Source of the DNA: Bacteroidota bacterium
GTDB lineage: Bacteria; Bacteroidota; Bacteroidia; Bacteroidales; UBA12077
NCBI GenBank assembly: GCA_042584405.1
Contig: JBHOSR010000003.1
Span: 1 to 61,720 of the forward strand
Direction of reading: 5' to 3'
Length of the DNA stretch: 61,720 bases
Shown here: positions 43,946 to 53,210 of the stretch, one piece after another
Layout of the letters: each line of letters opens with the position of its first letter
Numbering within the stretch: the first letter of the stretch is position 1
Position numbers and translations under genes: made by a program
Notes under the pieces: generated by a model
The model's input: only the letters and a program-made list of their open reading frames with translations
What the model was told of the DNA's origin: nothing
Database searches by the model: none

Positions 43946-46900
43946 TTATTGCTTAATAAAAGTTTCAGTAATTGGACCCTTCTCATCCTCAACTGAAATA
44001 ATATAAAGACCTGTAGCTAAATCAGAAATATTAACTATTTTTTCGTCATTTAATATAAGTTCTTTTACAATAGCTCCAGTAGAATTAATAATTCGAACCT
44101 TTGCATTTTCATAAGGAACTTCAATATTTAATTCATCTTTAGCAGGATTTGGGAATACCTTAATGCTAACAACTTCATCATTTCCTAACAATTTGCCATC
44201 TTTCATTTGGGCAATAGGAGCTGTTTTTGCTGCTATATTTACAGTGTAGTCCTCAACCTCACCATACCTGAATGATCCACAAGATGATGGATATCCTCCG
44301 TCTGACATAGCAACTCTCATTCTAGTTTGTCCAATCGTTGCAGTAGATGGAATGTCAATTGTTGCTGTATAAACATCTCCATCTGCAACAGTTCCTTGTA
44401 AAATAATTTCATCACTTGTAAAATCACCATCAACATTAAAGTCTATCCATACATTCCAGTATTCTGTATAAGTTCTTCTTTTAAATCCAGCACTAACATA
44501 TGCAGTATAAGAAGTTCCTGTAGAGACATTTGCGCTTAAATTAGTATAGTCACCATAACCACCATTAGCAGCGGAAGTATTATACAAATCATTTAATCCA
44601 AATACATCAATCCATTCAAATCTAGTGCTATTACCATAAAGATCGCAATACTCAACTACAATAACGTCATCTAATGTGGTTACATTTAATGTGCTACTTG
44701 CACCTGAGACATTTCCAGCTGCATCTTCTGCAGTAACATAATATGAATATGTAGTTGCTGGTGACAATCCAGTAACAGCCGCAGATGTGTTTGATGTGCT
44801 TGTTAAATATGATCCGTTTTGATAAATGTTATATTCAGTAACTCCAACATTATCTGTTGATGCATTCCAAGATAAAGTAAAGCTACTTTGTGTAATACCA
44901 GAACTAACCAGATTTGTAGGAGCCGTTGGAGCCTCGGTATCTGTTAATGTAGTCATATTAATTGTATTACTTGCATTAGATTCGTTTCCTGCTGCATCCT
45001 CAGCGATTACATAATAAGAATAAACCGTTCCAGAATTTAATCCTGTTACATCATACCATGTATTTGCTGTATTAGCAATTAATGAACCATTTTGATATAC
45101 TTGATATCCTGTTACACCAACATTATCAGTTGAAGCATCCCAGTTTAAATCAACTGATGTCATTGTAATATTTGTACCTGCTAAATTAGCTGGTGCACTT
45201 GGAGCTTCATCATCTCCTCCGCCAATAAACACAGAATAATCTTCTACTTCACCATAGCTAAATGTATTTTCACAAGCAGTTGGTTCTCCATTATACTTCA
45301 TAGTAACTCTCATACGAGTTGTTGTTGAAGCTGTACCTGCAGGAATTGTTATTGTGCCGGTAACTGTAGACTTACTCATTCCACCCTGGTCAAATACATT
45401 TTCTCCAGAATCATCAAAATCTCCATCACGATTTAAATCAATCCAGATTTTCCAGTACTCATCATAAGTTGTGCTAGCGAACCCTGGAGTTAATGTAATA
45501 TTATATGCTTGACCAGCTGTTAAATTAGCAGTTAAATTTGTAAAATCTGTATATGTTGCAGCGCCTGATGTATTTGAAAAATCGCCTACTTCGACCCCAG
45601 CTATCCATTCATAATTAGAATTGTTCCCTGCAGAAGCACAATAATTTATAATTTCATCAACAACACTAATATAATTCGTTTTTATTTCAGTATCGTTACC
45701 TTCAGCATTTGTAACTGTTAATGAAACATCATAAGTTCCAAGCGTATTATAAGTTACAGTTGGATTTTGAGAAGTACTTGTTGATGGAGTACCTCCTTCA
45801 AATGTCCATGACCATGAAGTTGGATTATTTGCAGATGCATCAGAAAAGTTTATTGTATTTCCAACAACAATAGTTGTTTCATCTGCGTTAAAATTAGCAA
45901 CTGGAGGTTGTGGAATATCTTCATAAACCATATAACATACAGCACAATCAACGGCAGCAGAATTTACTGAAATTCTCATGTAACCGTTTTCGCCCCAGCT
46001 TGAACCCCATGAGTTTCTTAAAATCCAATAATCACCTTCTGTAGCGTCAGTACCCCAACCTACCAAAGCTATAGCATGGTTAGTAGTTGTATAAGCACCA
46101 TTACTACATGAGTTGTTACTATCTGACCATATACCACCACTATAACTTTGAAATGATGTGGTAACATAAACAGCAGCATCAACAACACCATAAGTCATTA
46201 TAGCAGTTTTGATTGCGTCAACATCGCTACTAGGAACCCTATGCCATGATTGGAATATTGTTTTAGGAGCAGTTAAAGTAGAAGACGGACAAGATTGATT
46301 ATTAGCATCTGAATATGGAAAATAAGATTCATCAATAATTCCCCAATCACTATCAGTTAATGCTTCTAATTCATAGTAATCATAATCAGCACCGTTACAT
46401 CCGCTAAAATGACTGCTATAAGGAGAAGCATCACTTATACACCAAGCTATATAAGCTTCAGAAAAGTCTGCAACATTACCATCGTAACTTCCAGTAGCAA
46501 AATTATATGTTCCTTCTGCCGCTGCTGCAGCACCAAAAGCATAACATGATCCACAACCACCCTGATCTCTTGCACCTCCAATATAAGCGTGACCATTATA
46601 ATCTCTCCAGTCAAAAGAAGTAGGTAGCGCTTTTGCAGTCGTAAAATTTGGATCTATCGTAGCAATATCCAGAAAAGAAGGCGTTGTTCTTTCAACTTCA
46701 GCAATTAAAGGCTCCCCATTTAATTCCATTAATTCTAATAATGGAATTCTTTCTTCGACACCTTTGTTCATACGAACACAGATAGGTCTTTCAACAGTAA
46801 ATCCATTTTCTTCAACAACTTCAGTTTCAATTTCGAAACCTAATCGAGCTGCATAAGAATATTCCTGGGCAACTTTACCTTTGTAAAAATCCCAGGCGTT

Positions 46901-47086
46901 TACTATTCTGCCGTCAGGTAAGTGAACCATACCAACGTCACCGCTGGCTTTTGTTGAAGTAATTTCGTAACGATAACCAAGCATATCACAATACTTAGCA
47001 GCAGGGTTTACGTAACTCTTCTGAGCAAACATCGTAAACACAAACATTGTTAGAAAAACAAAAGTTAAAAAAGTAGACTTTCTCAT
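43946..47086 (-). CDS. Secreted multidomain C1 (papain-like) cysteine peptidase. Domain order: DUF333-like N-domain, C1 catalytic domain, PKD, GEVED, 2x FN3, GEVED, T9SS C-terminal sorting domain.
   Basis: Catalytic contexts QGGCGSCYAF (C181), NHAIALVGWG (H337) and NSWGSSWGENGY (N358). YGEVEDY occurs twice. Two FN3 repeats. C-terminal KVFPNPAKDELNI...GLYIISV. Confidence 0.85.
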   Translation of the reverse strand: MRKSTFLTFVFLTMFVFTMFAQKSYVNPAAKYCDMLGYRYEITSTKASGDVGMVHLPDGRIVNAWDFYKGKVAQEYSYAARLGFEIETEVVEENGFTVERPICVRMNKGVEERIPLLELMELNGEPLIAEVERTTPSFLDIATIDPNFTTAKALPTSFDWRDYNGHAYIGGARDQGGCGSCYAFGAAAAAEGTYNFATGSYDGNVADFSEAYIAWCISDASPYSSHFSGCNGADYDYYELEALTDSDWGIIDESYFPYSDANNQSCPSSTLTAPKTIFQSWHRVPSSDVDAIKTAIMTYGVVDAAVYVTTSFQSYSGGIWSDSNNSCSNGAYTTTNHAIALVGWGTDATEGDYWILRNSWGSSWGENGYMRISVNSAAVDCAVCYMVYEDIPQPPVANFNADETTIVVGNTINFSDASANNPTSWSWTFEGGTPSTSTSQNPTVTYNTLGTYDVSLTVTNAEGNDTEIKTNYISVVDEIINYCASAGNNSNYEWIAGVEVGDFSNTSGAATYTDFTNLTANLTAGQAYNITLTPGFASTTYDEYWKIWIDLNRDGDFDDSGENVFDQGGMSKSTVTGTITIPAGTASTTTRMRVTMKYNGEPTACENTFSYGEVEDYSVFIGGGDDEAPSAPANLAGTNITMTSVDLNWDASTDNVGVTGYQVYQNGSLIANTANTWYDVTGLNSGTVYSYYVIAEDAAGNESNASNTINMTTLTDTEAPTAPTNLVSSGITQSSFTLSWNASTDNVGVTEYNIYQNGSYLTSTSNTSAAVTGLSPATTYSYYVTAEDAAGNVSGASSTLNVTTLDDVIVVEYCDLYGNSTRFEWIDVFGLNDLYNTSAANGGYGDYTNLSANVSTGTSYTAYVSAGFKRRTYTEYWNVWIDFNVDGDFTSDEIILQGTVADGDVYTATIDIPSTATIGQTRMRVAMSDGGYPSSCGSFRYGEVEDYTVNIAAKTAPIAQMKDGKLLGNDEVVSIKVFPNPAKDELNIEVPYENAKVRIINSTGAIVKELILNDEKIVNISDLATGLYIISVEDEKGPITETFIKQ
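44672..45205 (-). repeat. Tandem FN3-coding repeat inside the peptidase gene (aa 628-715 and 719-805).
   Basis: The peptide blocks align: AP[ST]AP[AT]NL...W[DN]ASTDNVGVT.Y..YQNGS....GL...T.YSYYV.AEDAAGN.S.AS. Confidence 0.8.
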
Positions 47087-47147
47087 AGTAAATTGGTTTT
47101 TAGGGTTAAAAAATATTTCGCATAAAGTATTATGAAATTTTTAAATA

Positions 47148-47217
47148 TTTTTTAACCGTAGACAAAAAACAGGTTTCAACCCCTAAAAAGTAATTTGCTC
47201 AGATTTATTGAATTTTT
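47148..47217 (+). repeat. Intergenic element copy A, similar to 43771-43840 (core AAAAAGTAATTTGCT).
   Basis: Hand alignment as for copy B. Confidence 0.4.
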
Positions 47218-47311
47218 ATTTGCCTATCCTATTGTTTTTTAAAAATAATTTTTAAATTGCTCGTTAATTGAAATTGGGACTTACACCTAACCATCTAATT
47301 TTAAATTATTT

Positions 47312-48028
47312 ATGAATCTACGTTGTGTTATAGTCGATGATGAACCATTAGCTATAACTATTATAGAAGGTTATTTAAATAAAATACCATATGTCGAAAT
47401 TATTGGCAAATTCGATAGTGCAATACCTGTATATGAATTTCTTAAAGAAAATAATGTTGATTTGATTTTACTCGATATCGAGATGCCAAATATTACAGGT
47501 GTAGATTTTTTAAAAAGTCTTTCATCTGCACCTTCCGTTATTTTTACAACAGCTAATAAAAATTATGCACTTGAGGGCTACGATTTAAATGTTGAAGATT
47601 ATATTTTAAAACCTGTTACATTCGAACGCCTATATAAAGCCATTAATCGTGTCTACGAAAAATTAACTCCTGAAAAGGAATCTGAAGATAATGACTCTGG
47701 TGAATTCCTCTATTTGAAAGAAAATAAAAAAATGGTAAAAGTATATTTCAAAAATATACTTTATATGGAAAGTATTAAAGATTATGTTAAAATAGTTACT
47801 CTTCGTAAAACTGTTATTACCAAACAACAATTAAGCTATTTTGAGTCGTTGCTAGATGTTAATAAATTTCTAAGAATACATAGATCTTTTGTTGTTGCAA
47901 CTGATAAAATTGATGCTTATAGTTTATCTGGCATTGACGTTGGCAACATGGAATTACCAATTGGTAGAAAATATAAAGAAATCGTAATTGAAAAATTAGA
48001 AAAGTTAAATCATTTAAAAAATAATTAG
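47312..48028 (+). CDS. LytTR/AlgR-family response regulator.
   Basis: Receiver domain (VIVDDEP...LLDIEMP...K) plus a LytTR DNA-binding domain (FLRIHRSFVV). Confidence 0.9.
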   Translation: MNLRCVIVDDEPLAITIIEGYLNKIPYVEIIGKFDSAIPVYEFLKENNVDLILLDIEMPNITGVDFLKSLSSAPSVIFTTANKNYALEGYDLNVEDYILKPVTFERLYKAINRVYEKLTPEKESEDNDSGEFLYLKENKKMVKVYFKNILYMESIKDYVKIVTLRKTVITKQQLSYFESLLDVNKFLRIHRSFVVATDKIDAYSLSGIDVGNMELPIGRKYKEIVIEKLEKLNHLKNN

Positions 48029-48087
48029 CACTGAAATCAATTGTAAATCATATTGTACTTATTGTATATTTCCTTTTCAATGTTTTC

Positions 48088-51000
48088 GTGTTAACGGCTC
48101 AGGAAAGAGGCTTATTATTAACAAACTATTACTCTCCCGAGGAGTATAATGCTCCTCTGCAAAATTGGTCAATAGTACAAGATAAGCGAGGAGTTTTATA
48201 TTTCGGAAATTCTAATTGTGTTTTAGAATATGATGGTACCGAATGGAGAAAAATTTATGTACCAAATTACTCAACTGTTCGAGCTGTAGCAATCGATAAT
48301 AATGATATTTTATATTTAGGTGCGTATAAAGAACTAGGGCATTTAGCGCCAGATAAAAATGGTACTCTTGAATTCAAATCATTAACTCATTTAATTGATT
48401 CTAATTATTATAATTTTGGAGATGTTTGGGATGTACACTGTATTGAAAACGATGTGTTTTTCCTAACAGACCAATACTTATTTCGTTATAAAAATAACAA
48501 GTTTAATTACTGGGCAAAAACAAAAGAACGGTTTTATTTAAGTTTTAAAGTCAATAATGAGTTTTATGTTCAGGAAATTGGAAAAGGATTGTTAAGGTTT
48601 TCAAATGATTCTTTACAGTTGATTGATAAAGGAAGTTTTTTTGCTGATAAAAGAATACATTCCATAATACCATTTAATAATCAGCTTTTGATTTGTACAA
48701 GAACAAAAGGATTGTATTTATATAATGATTCTAATAAGCAAGTAAAAATAACAGCCTTATCTGATATCTCTTCAAACGCAAAGAATTTAAATGACTTCTT
48801 TCTTAAGAATACATTGTATCATGGTGTTAAAATTACTGATAACTTAATTGCTCTAAGTTCAATAGGTGATGGTGTTTTAATCGTTGATAACAAATGGAAT
48901 GTTATAGATGTAATTAGTCATGAATCAACTGGTGTTGTAAGTTCTGCACAATATCTATATTATGAAAAAGGAAAAGCTTTATGGATGGCTCTTGCTAATG
49001 GTATTTGTCAAGTAGATTTATTATCTCCGTTCAGATATTGGAACGATGAAACAGGAATTAACGGTTCCATTTCCGATGTCGCAAGTTTAGACCACAACCT
49101 ATATATTTCAACAGGATCTGGCGTTTATATGACACCTAGAAAAAGAGATAATCGGAATTATTCTGTAACTAATTTTGAACCAGTTGAAGGTAAGTTTGAA
49201 CAGGCATGGGGCTTTTTATATTTTATTCTTCCAAATAAAGATTATAAAGTTACTGAAGAGTTGCTTAGCAGAGACGATGTTCTGTTTTCTCCTGGTTCAG
49301 ATAAATTAATGCTTTTAGTTTCAACGAGTACAGGTCTTTTCCAGATTAACAATAATAAATCAATTAAAATTTCGGACTACAGAGCAATATTTGATGTTTA
49401 TCAGTATAAAAAAGATCCGTCAAAAGTATTTCTTGGTTTATCTAATGGTATTGCATTGCTTAGTTTTTCGAATGGTAAATGGACTGATCACGGAATGAAA
49501 TTTGAAATTACTGATAGAATTCGTCAGTTAAGTGAAGATTCTTTAGGCAACTTGTGGGCCAGTGCAAGCTATAAAGGTGTATATAGAATACAAAATCCTT
49601 TACAAAACAAAGAACAATATACTATTGATCTATTTAATGAGAACAATGGATTACCATCTGTTCAGTCAGTTCAATTTGCATCATATGGAGACGAATTACT
49701 TTTTATAAGCGAAATTGATTACTTTAGTTTTAATAGTTCTATTGATAGTTTTAAAGTATTTGAATTTCCTATTATTGAGGAAGATATTACAGAGGAATTT
49801 ATTGATACTTTATCATGGTATAAAGTTTATGAAAATCGCATCTCCAATTTTTACGTTGCTACATATTCTGATTCATCGGAATGGTTTGGAACTACTGATG
49901 GAATTTTCAGGCACTATTATTCTCAACCTAAAGATTATCATAATATCAATCCTACGCTTATCAGAAAAGTAATTACCGGTGATTCTCTAATTTTTGACGG
50001 AACAAACTATCAGTTAGAGAAAAACAGGATTGACACAGGTCATGTAAGAATTGTAAATTCTAAACCACAAATTGATCTTGGAACTGTTCTTGAGTATAAG
50101 GATAATTCATTAACTTTTAATTATTCATTCCCTTTTTACGAAGACGAATCAAAAAATGAATATAGTTATTTTCTAGAAGGATATGACAAAACATGGTCAC
50201 AGTGGAGCACAGAAACCAAAAAGGAATATACCAATTTAAGAGAAGGAGATTATATTTTTAAAGTTAAATCAAAAAACCTATACACACTAGAAAGTCCAAT
50301 CGCTGAATTTAAATTTACAGTTCTTGCCCCATGGTATAGAAGATTTGCTGCCATTTTAGGCTATATCATATTCGGAATAATTTTAATTATTGCAATCGTA
50401 CGTTTGTATACCTATCGGTTAATAAAAGAAAAGGATAAGCTTGAAAAAATTGTTGTTGAGCGCACTCAGGAAATTTTAATGCAAAAAGAAGAGATTCTTG
50501 TGCAATCAGAACATTTAAAAGAAGCAAACGAAGGTATCAGTGCTAAAAACGAAGAGTTAGAAAAACAAAAATGGGAGATTACAAATCAGGCTCTTAAACT
50601 TAAAAAAGCCAATGTAGATTTAATAAAATTATCAAAAGTTGCCAGCGAAACAGATAATGCTATTGCAATTTTCGATAAAGCAGGTAGCATGGAATGGGTT
50701 AATGAAGGTTTTACCAGAATGTATGGATATACTTTTGAGCAATATAAAAAGGAAAGGAATATAAATTTACTTGAAGGAAGTGACAATCCTAACATACGCG
50801 AAGCAGTTAAATCTTGTATTGATGAAAAAAAATCTGTGCTTTATGAGTTTAAAACTAAAACCCGCGATGGAAAGGAAATTTGGGCACAAACAACCCTTAC
50901 TCATGTAATTGATAAAAACGGAGACACAATCAATTTAATTGCTATTGATTCTGATATTACCAAAATTAAATTAGCAGAAAAAGAAATATTAAAACAAAAG

Positions 51001-51729
51001 CAAGAAATAGAAGAACAGAGGGATAAACTTGCTATTAGTAATGCAACTAAAAATAAGTTTTTTAGAATTATTGCCCATGACTTAAGAAATCCAATAAGCA
51101 CACTAGCTGGTTCTACCAACCTTATTTTTAACGATTTCGATGAGTATAATAAAGAACAAACCAAAATATTTATCGGCGAATTAAACAAACTCTCGCAAAC
51201 TACTTTTAACTTACTTGAAAACTTACTTGATTGGTCTTCAACTCAGATGGGCGAAATCCAGTTTTTACCAAAACTTATTGATCTTCATTCATTAACAGCA
51301 GAAAACGTAGAGCTTGTTGCTCGAAAAATTGATTCTAAAAAGATTCAATTAAAATTAAACGTTGAAAAAAACACTTTTGCTTTTGCTGATGAAAATATGG
51401 TAAAAACAGTTATTCGTAATTTACTGTCTAATGCAGTTAAGTTTACTCCGGATAATGGAGAAATTGAAATCTCTTGTTCTTCGAATCATGAATTTGTGAA
51501 TTACTCTGTAAAAGATTCTGGCATCGGAATTAAAGAAGAAGATCAAAAGAAACTCTTTAGGATAGATACTCACCATACAACACCTGGATTATCAAATGAA
51601 AAGGGTTCAGGCCTTGGACTTATCCTTTGCAAAGAATTTGTTGAAAAAAATGGAGGAAAAATTGACATTTCAAGCGAACCAAATATAGGTACTACCATAG
51701 AATTTACGCTTCGAAAACATTCAACCTAA
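48088..51729 (+). CDS. Sensor histidine kinase. Large periplasmic beta-propeller/Y_Y_Y sensor, TM, coiled coil, PAS, HisKA, HATPase. The true start is probably upstream of the GTG.
   Basis: H-box FFRIIAHDLRNPIS, N-box NLLSNAVKF, G-boxes DSGIGI and GSGLGL. TM segment FAAILGYIIFGIILIIAIV. The frame is open from 48025 and encodes a signal-like segment before 48088. Confidence 0.8.
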   Translation: MLTAQERGLLLTNYYSPEEYNAPLQNWSIVQDKRGVLYFGNSNCVLEYDGTEWRKIYVPNYSTVRAVAIDNNDILYLGAYKELGHLAPDKNGTLEFKSLTHLIDSNYYNFGDVWDVHCIENDVFFLTDQYLFRYKNNKFNYWAKTKERFYLSFKVNNEFYVQEIGKGLLRFSNDSLQLIDKGSFFADKRIHSIIPFNNQLLICTRTKGLYLYNDSNKQVKITALSDISSNAKNLNDFFLKNTLYHGVKITDNLIALSSIGDGVLIVDNKWNVIDVISHESTGVVSSAQYLYYEKGKALWMALANGICQVDLLSPFRYWNDETGINGSISDVASLDHNLYISTGSGVYMTPRKRDNRNYSVTNFEPVEGKFEQAWGFLYFILPNKDYKVTEELLSRDDVLFSPGSDKLMLLVSTSTGLFQINNNKSIKISDYRAIFDVYQYKKDPSKVFLGLSNGIALLSFSNGKWTDHGMKFEITDRIRQLSEDSLGNLWASASYKGVYRIQNPLQNKEQYTIDLFNENNGLPSVQSVQFASYGDELLFISEIDYFSFNSSIDSFKVFEFPIIEEDITEEFIDTLSWYKVYENRISNFYVATYSDSSEWFGTTDGIFRHYYSQPKDYHNINPTLIRKVITGDSLIFDGTNYQLEKNRIDTGHVRIVNSKPQIDLGTVLEYKDNSLTFNYSFPFYEDESKNEYSYFLEGYDKTWSQWSTETKKEYTNLREGDYIFKVKSKNLYTLESPIAEFKFTVLAPWYRRFAAILGYIIFGIILIIAIVRLYTYRLIKEKDKLEKIVVERTQEILMQKEEILVQSEHLKEANEGISAKNEELEKQKWEITNQALKLKKANVDLIKLSKVASETDNAIAIFDKAGSMEWVNEGFTRMYGYTFEQYKKERNINLLEGSDNPNIREAVKSCIDEKKSVLYEFKTKTRDGKEIWAQTTLTHVIDKNGDTINLIAIDSDITKIKLAEKEILKQKQEIEEQRDKLAISNATKNKFFRIIAHDLRNPISTLAGSTNLIFNDFDEYNKEQTKIFIGELNKLSQTTFNLLENLLDWSSTQMGEIQFLPKLIDLHSLTAENVELVARKIDSKKIQLKLNVEKNTFAFADENMVKTVIRNLLSNAVKFTPDNGEIEISCSSNHEFVNYSVKDSGIGIKEEDQKKLFRIDTHHTTPGLSNEKGSGLGLILCKEFVEKNGGKIDISSEPNIGTTIEFTLRKHST

Positions 51730-51825
51730 CACCTCATTCTTTCTTTTTAACTTTTATTAACTATCAGAGGAACAATTTTTTTCTTCAATTTGAGTATTTA
51801 TAATACTAACTAATTACTCAAATTT

Positions 51826-53157
51826 ATGTCCGAAAAAAAAGATGCCAGTTTCTGGATTAGAAATTCAATAACGATTAAATCAATCATTATTGGATTACTT
51901 ATTTTAATCCTTCTAATTCCTGCAGGAATGATTAAACGACTTATTCAGGAAAGAAACTCCCTTAGAAACTCTGCAATATCTGAAGTCAGTTATAAATGGG
52001 GTAATCCACAAACAATTGCAGGACCGATTGTAACCATACCTTATAAAAAATATTATAAAAAGGATAAAGAAATAATTGAAGAAATTAGGTATGCTTATTT
52101 TTTACCTGAAGAATTAAACGTAACCGGAAATGTTTATCCTGAAGAAAGGCATAGAGGTATTTATAAAGCTGTAGTTTATAATACAACCTTAAATTTTTCA
52201 GGAACTATGCATAAACCAGATTTTAGTGATTGGAAAGTTGATGATAGAAATATCTTATGGGATCAAGCTACAGTATCGATAAGAATTCCTGATATGAGAG
52301 GAATCAAAGATGTAATAAAAGTTAAATGGAATAAAAAAGAATACGATGTTAGTCCCGGAATTAGATATCAGAATCATTATACAGGTGTTTCTTCCTTTAT
52401 CGATTTTTCTGATGAAACTATATATGATTTTCAGTTTAATTTAGTACTAAATGGAAGTGAGTTTTTAAATTTTATTCCATTAGGTAAACAAACAAATGTC
52501 AATTTATCATCGGATTGGGCAAATCCCAGCTTCGATGGTGCTTTTCTTCCCAACGATCATGATATAAACGAGCAAGGTTTTAAAGCTTACTGGAAAGTAC
52601 TTCATTTAAATCGTTCTTATCCTCAACAGTGGATTGGAGATAGCTACGATATTAATGCTTCGTCATTTGGTGTTAAATTGTTACTTCCAGTCGATCATTA
52701 TCAAAAATCATTGCGCTCTGCAAAATATGCGATTATGTTTATCTCATTAACATTTTTAATTTTCTTTTTTACCGAGATTTTAAATAAAAAAAGGATTCAT
52801 CCGATACAATACTTGCTAGTAGGTTTAGGTTTAAGCATCTTTTACACTCTCCTAGTATCATTATCCGAACATTTAAGTTTTAACCTAGCCTACTTAATAG
52901 CAAGTTTTTCAATTATAGCATTGATTACAGCATATTCGTACAGCATGTTAAAAAATACCTGGTTAACAGTAATTGTTGCTTTTGTTCTAGTTGTGCTGTA
53001 CGTATTCTTATTTACGATTTTACAATTACAAGATTACTCACTATTGCTTGGAAGTATCGGCTTGTTCGTAGCACTGGCTATAGTTATGTATTTATCAAGA
53101 AAAGTGAATTGGTATGCTAATTTAAATAGTGAAGAGGATTCAGATGTAGTAAGTTGA
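51826..53157 (+). CDS. creD: CreD-family inner membrane (cell envelope integrity) protein.
   Basis: N-terminal TM, large periplasmic portion, 5 C-terminal TM. ER..LR..A..E....WG..Q...GP.. pattern. Confidence 0.75.
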   Translation: MSEKKDASFWIRNSITIKSIIIGLLILILLIPAGMIKRLIQERNSLRNSAISEVSYKWGNPQTIAGPIVTIPYKKYYKKDKEIIEEIRYAYFLPEELNVTGNVYPEERHRGIYKAVVYNTTLNFSGTMHKPDFSDWKVDDRNILWDQATVSIRIPDMRGIKDVIKVKWNKKEYDVSPGIRYQNHYTGVSSFIDFSDETIYDFQFNLVLNGSEFLNFIPLGKQTNVNLSSDWANPSFDGAFLPNDHDINEQGFKAYWKVLHLNRSYPQQWIGDSYDINASSFGVKLLLPVDHYQKSLRSAKYAIMFISLTFLIFFFTEILNKKRIHPIQYLLVGLGLSIFYTLLVSLSEHLSFNLAYLIASFSIIALITAYSYSMLKNTWLTVIVAFVLVVLYVFLFTILQLQDYSLLLGSIGLFVALAIVMYLSRKVNWYANLNSEEDSDVVS

Positions 53158-53178
53158 TTTGTTTAATTTAGTTTTCGT

Positions 53179-53210
53179 GAAATCCGGTTACGTTCATGGC
53201 CGGATTTCTT
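53179..53210. terminator. Hairpin terminator between convergent creD and dnaG.
   Basis: GAAATCCGG-12 nt-CCGGATTTC followed by TT. Confidence 0.6.
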
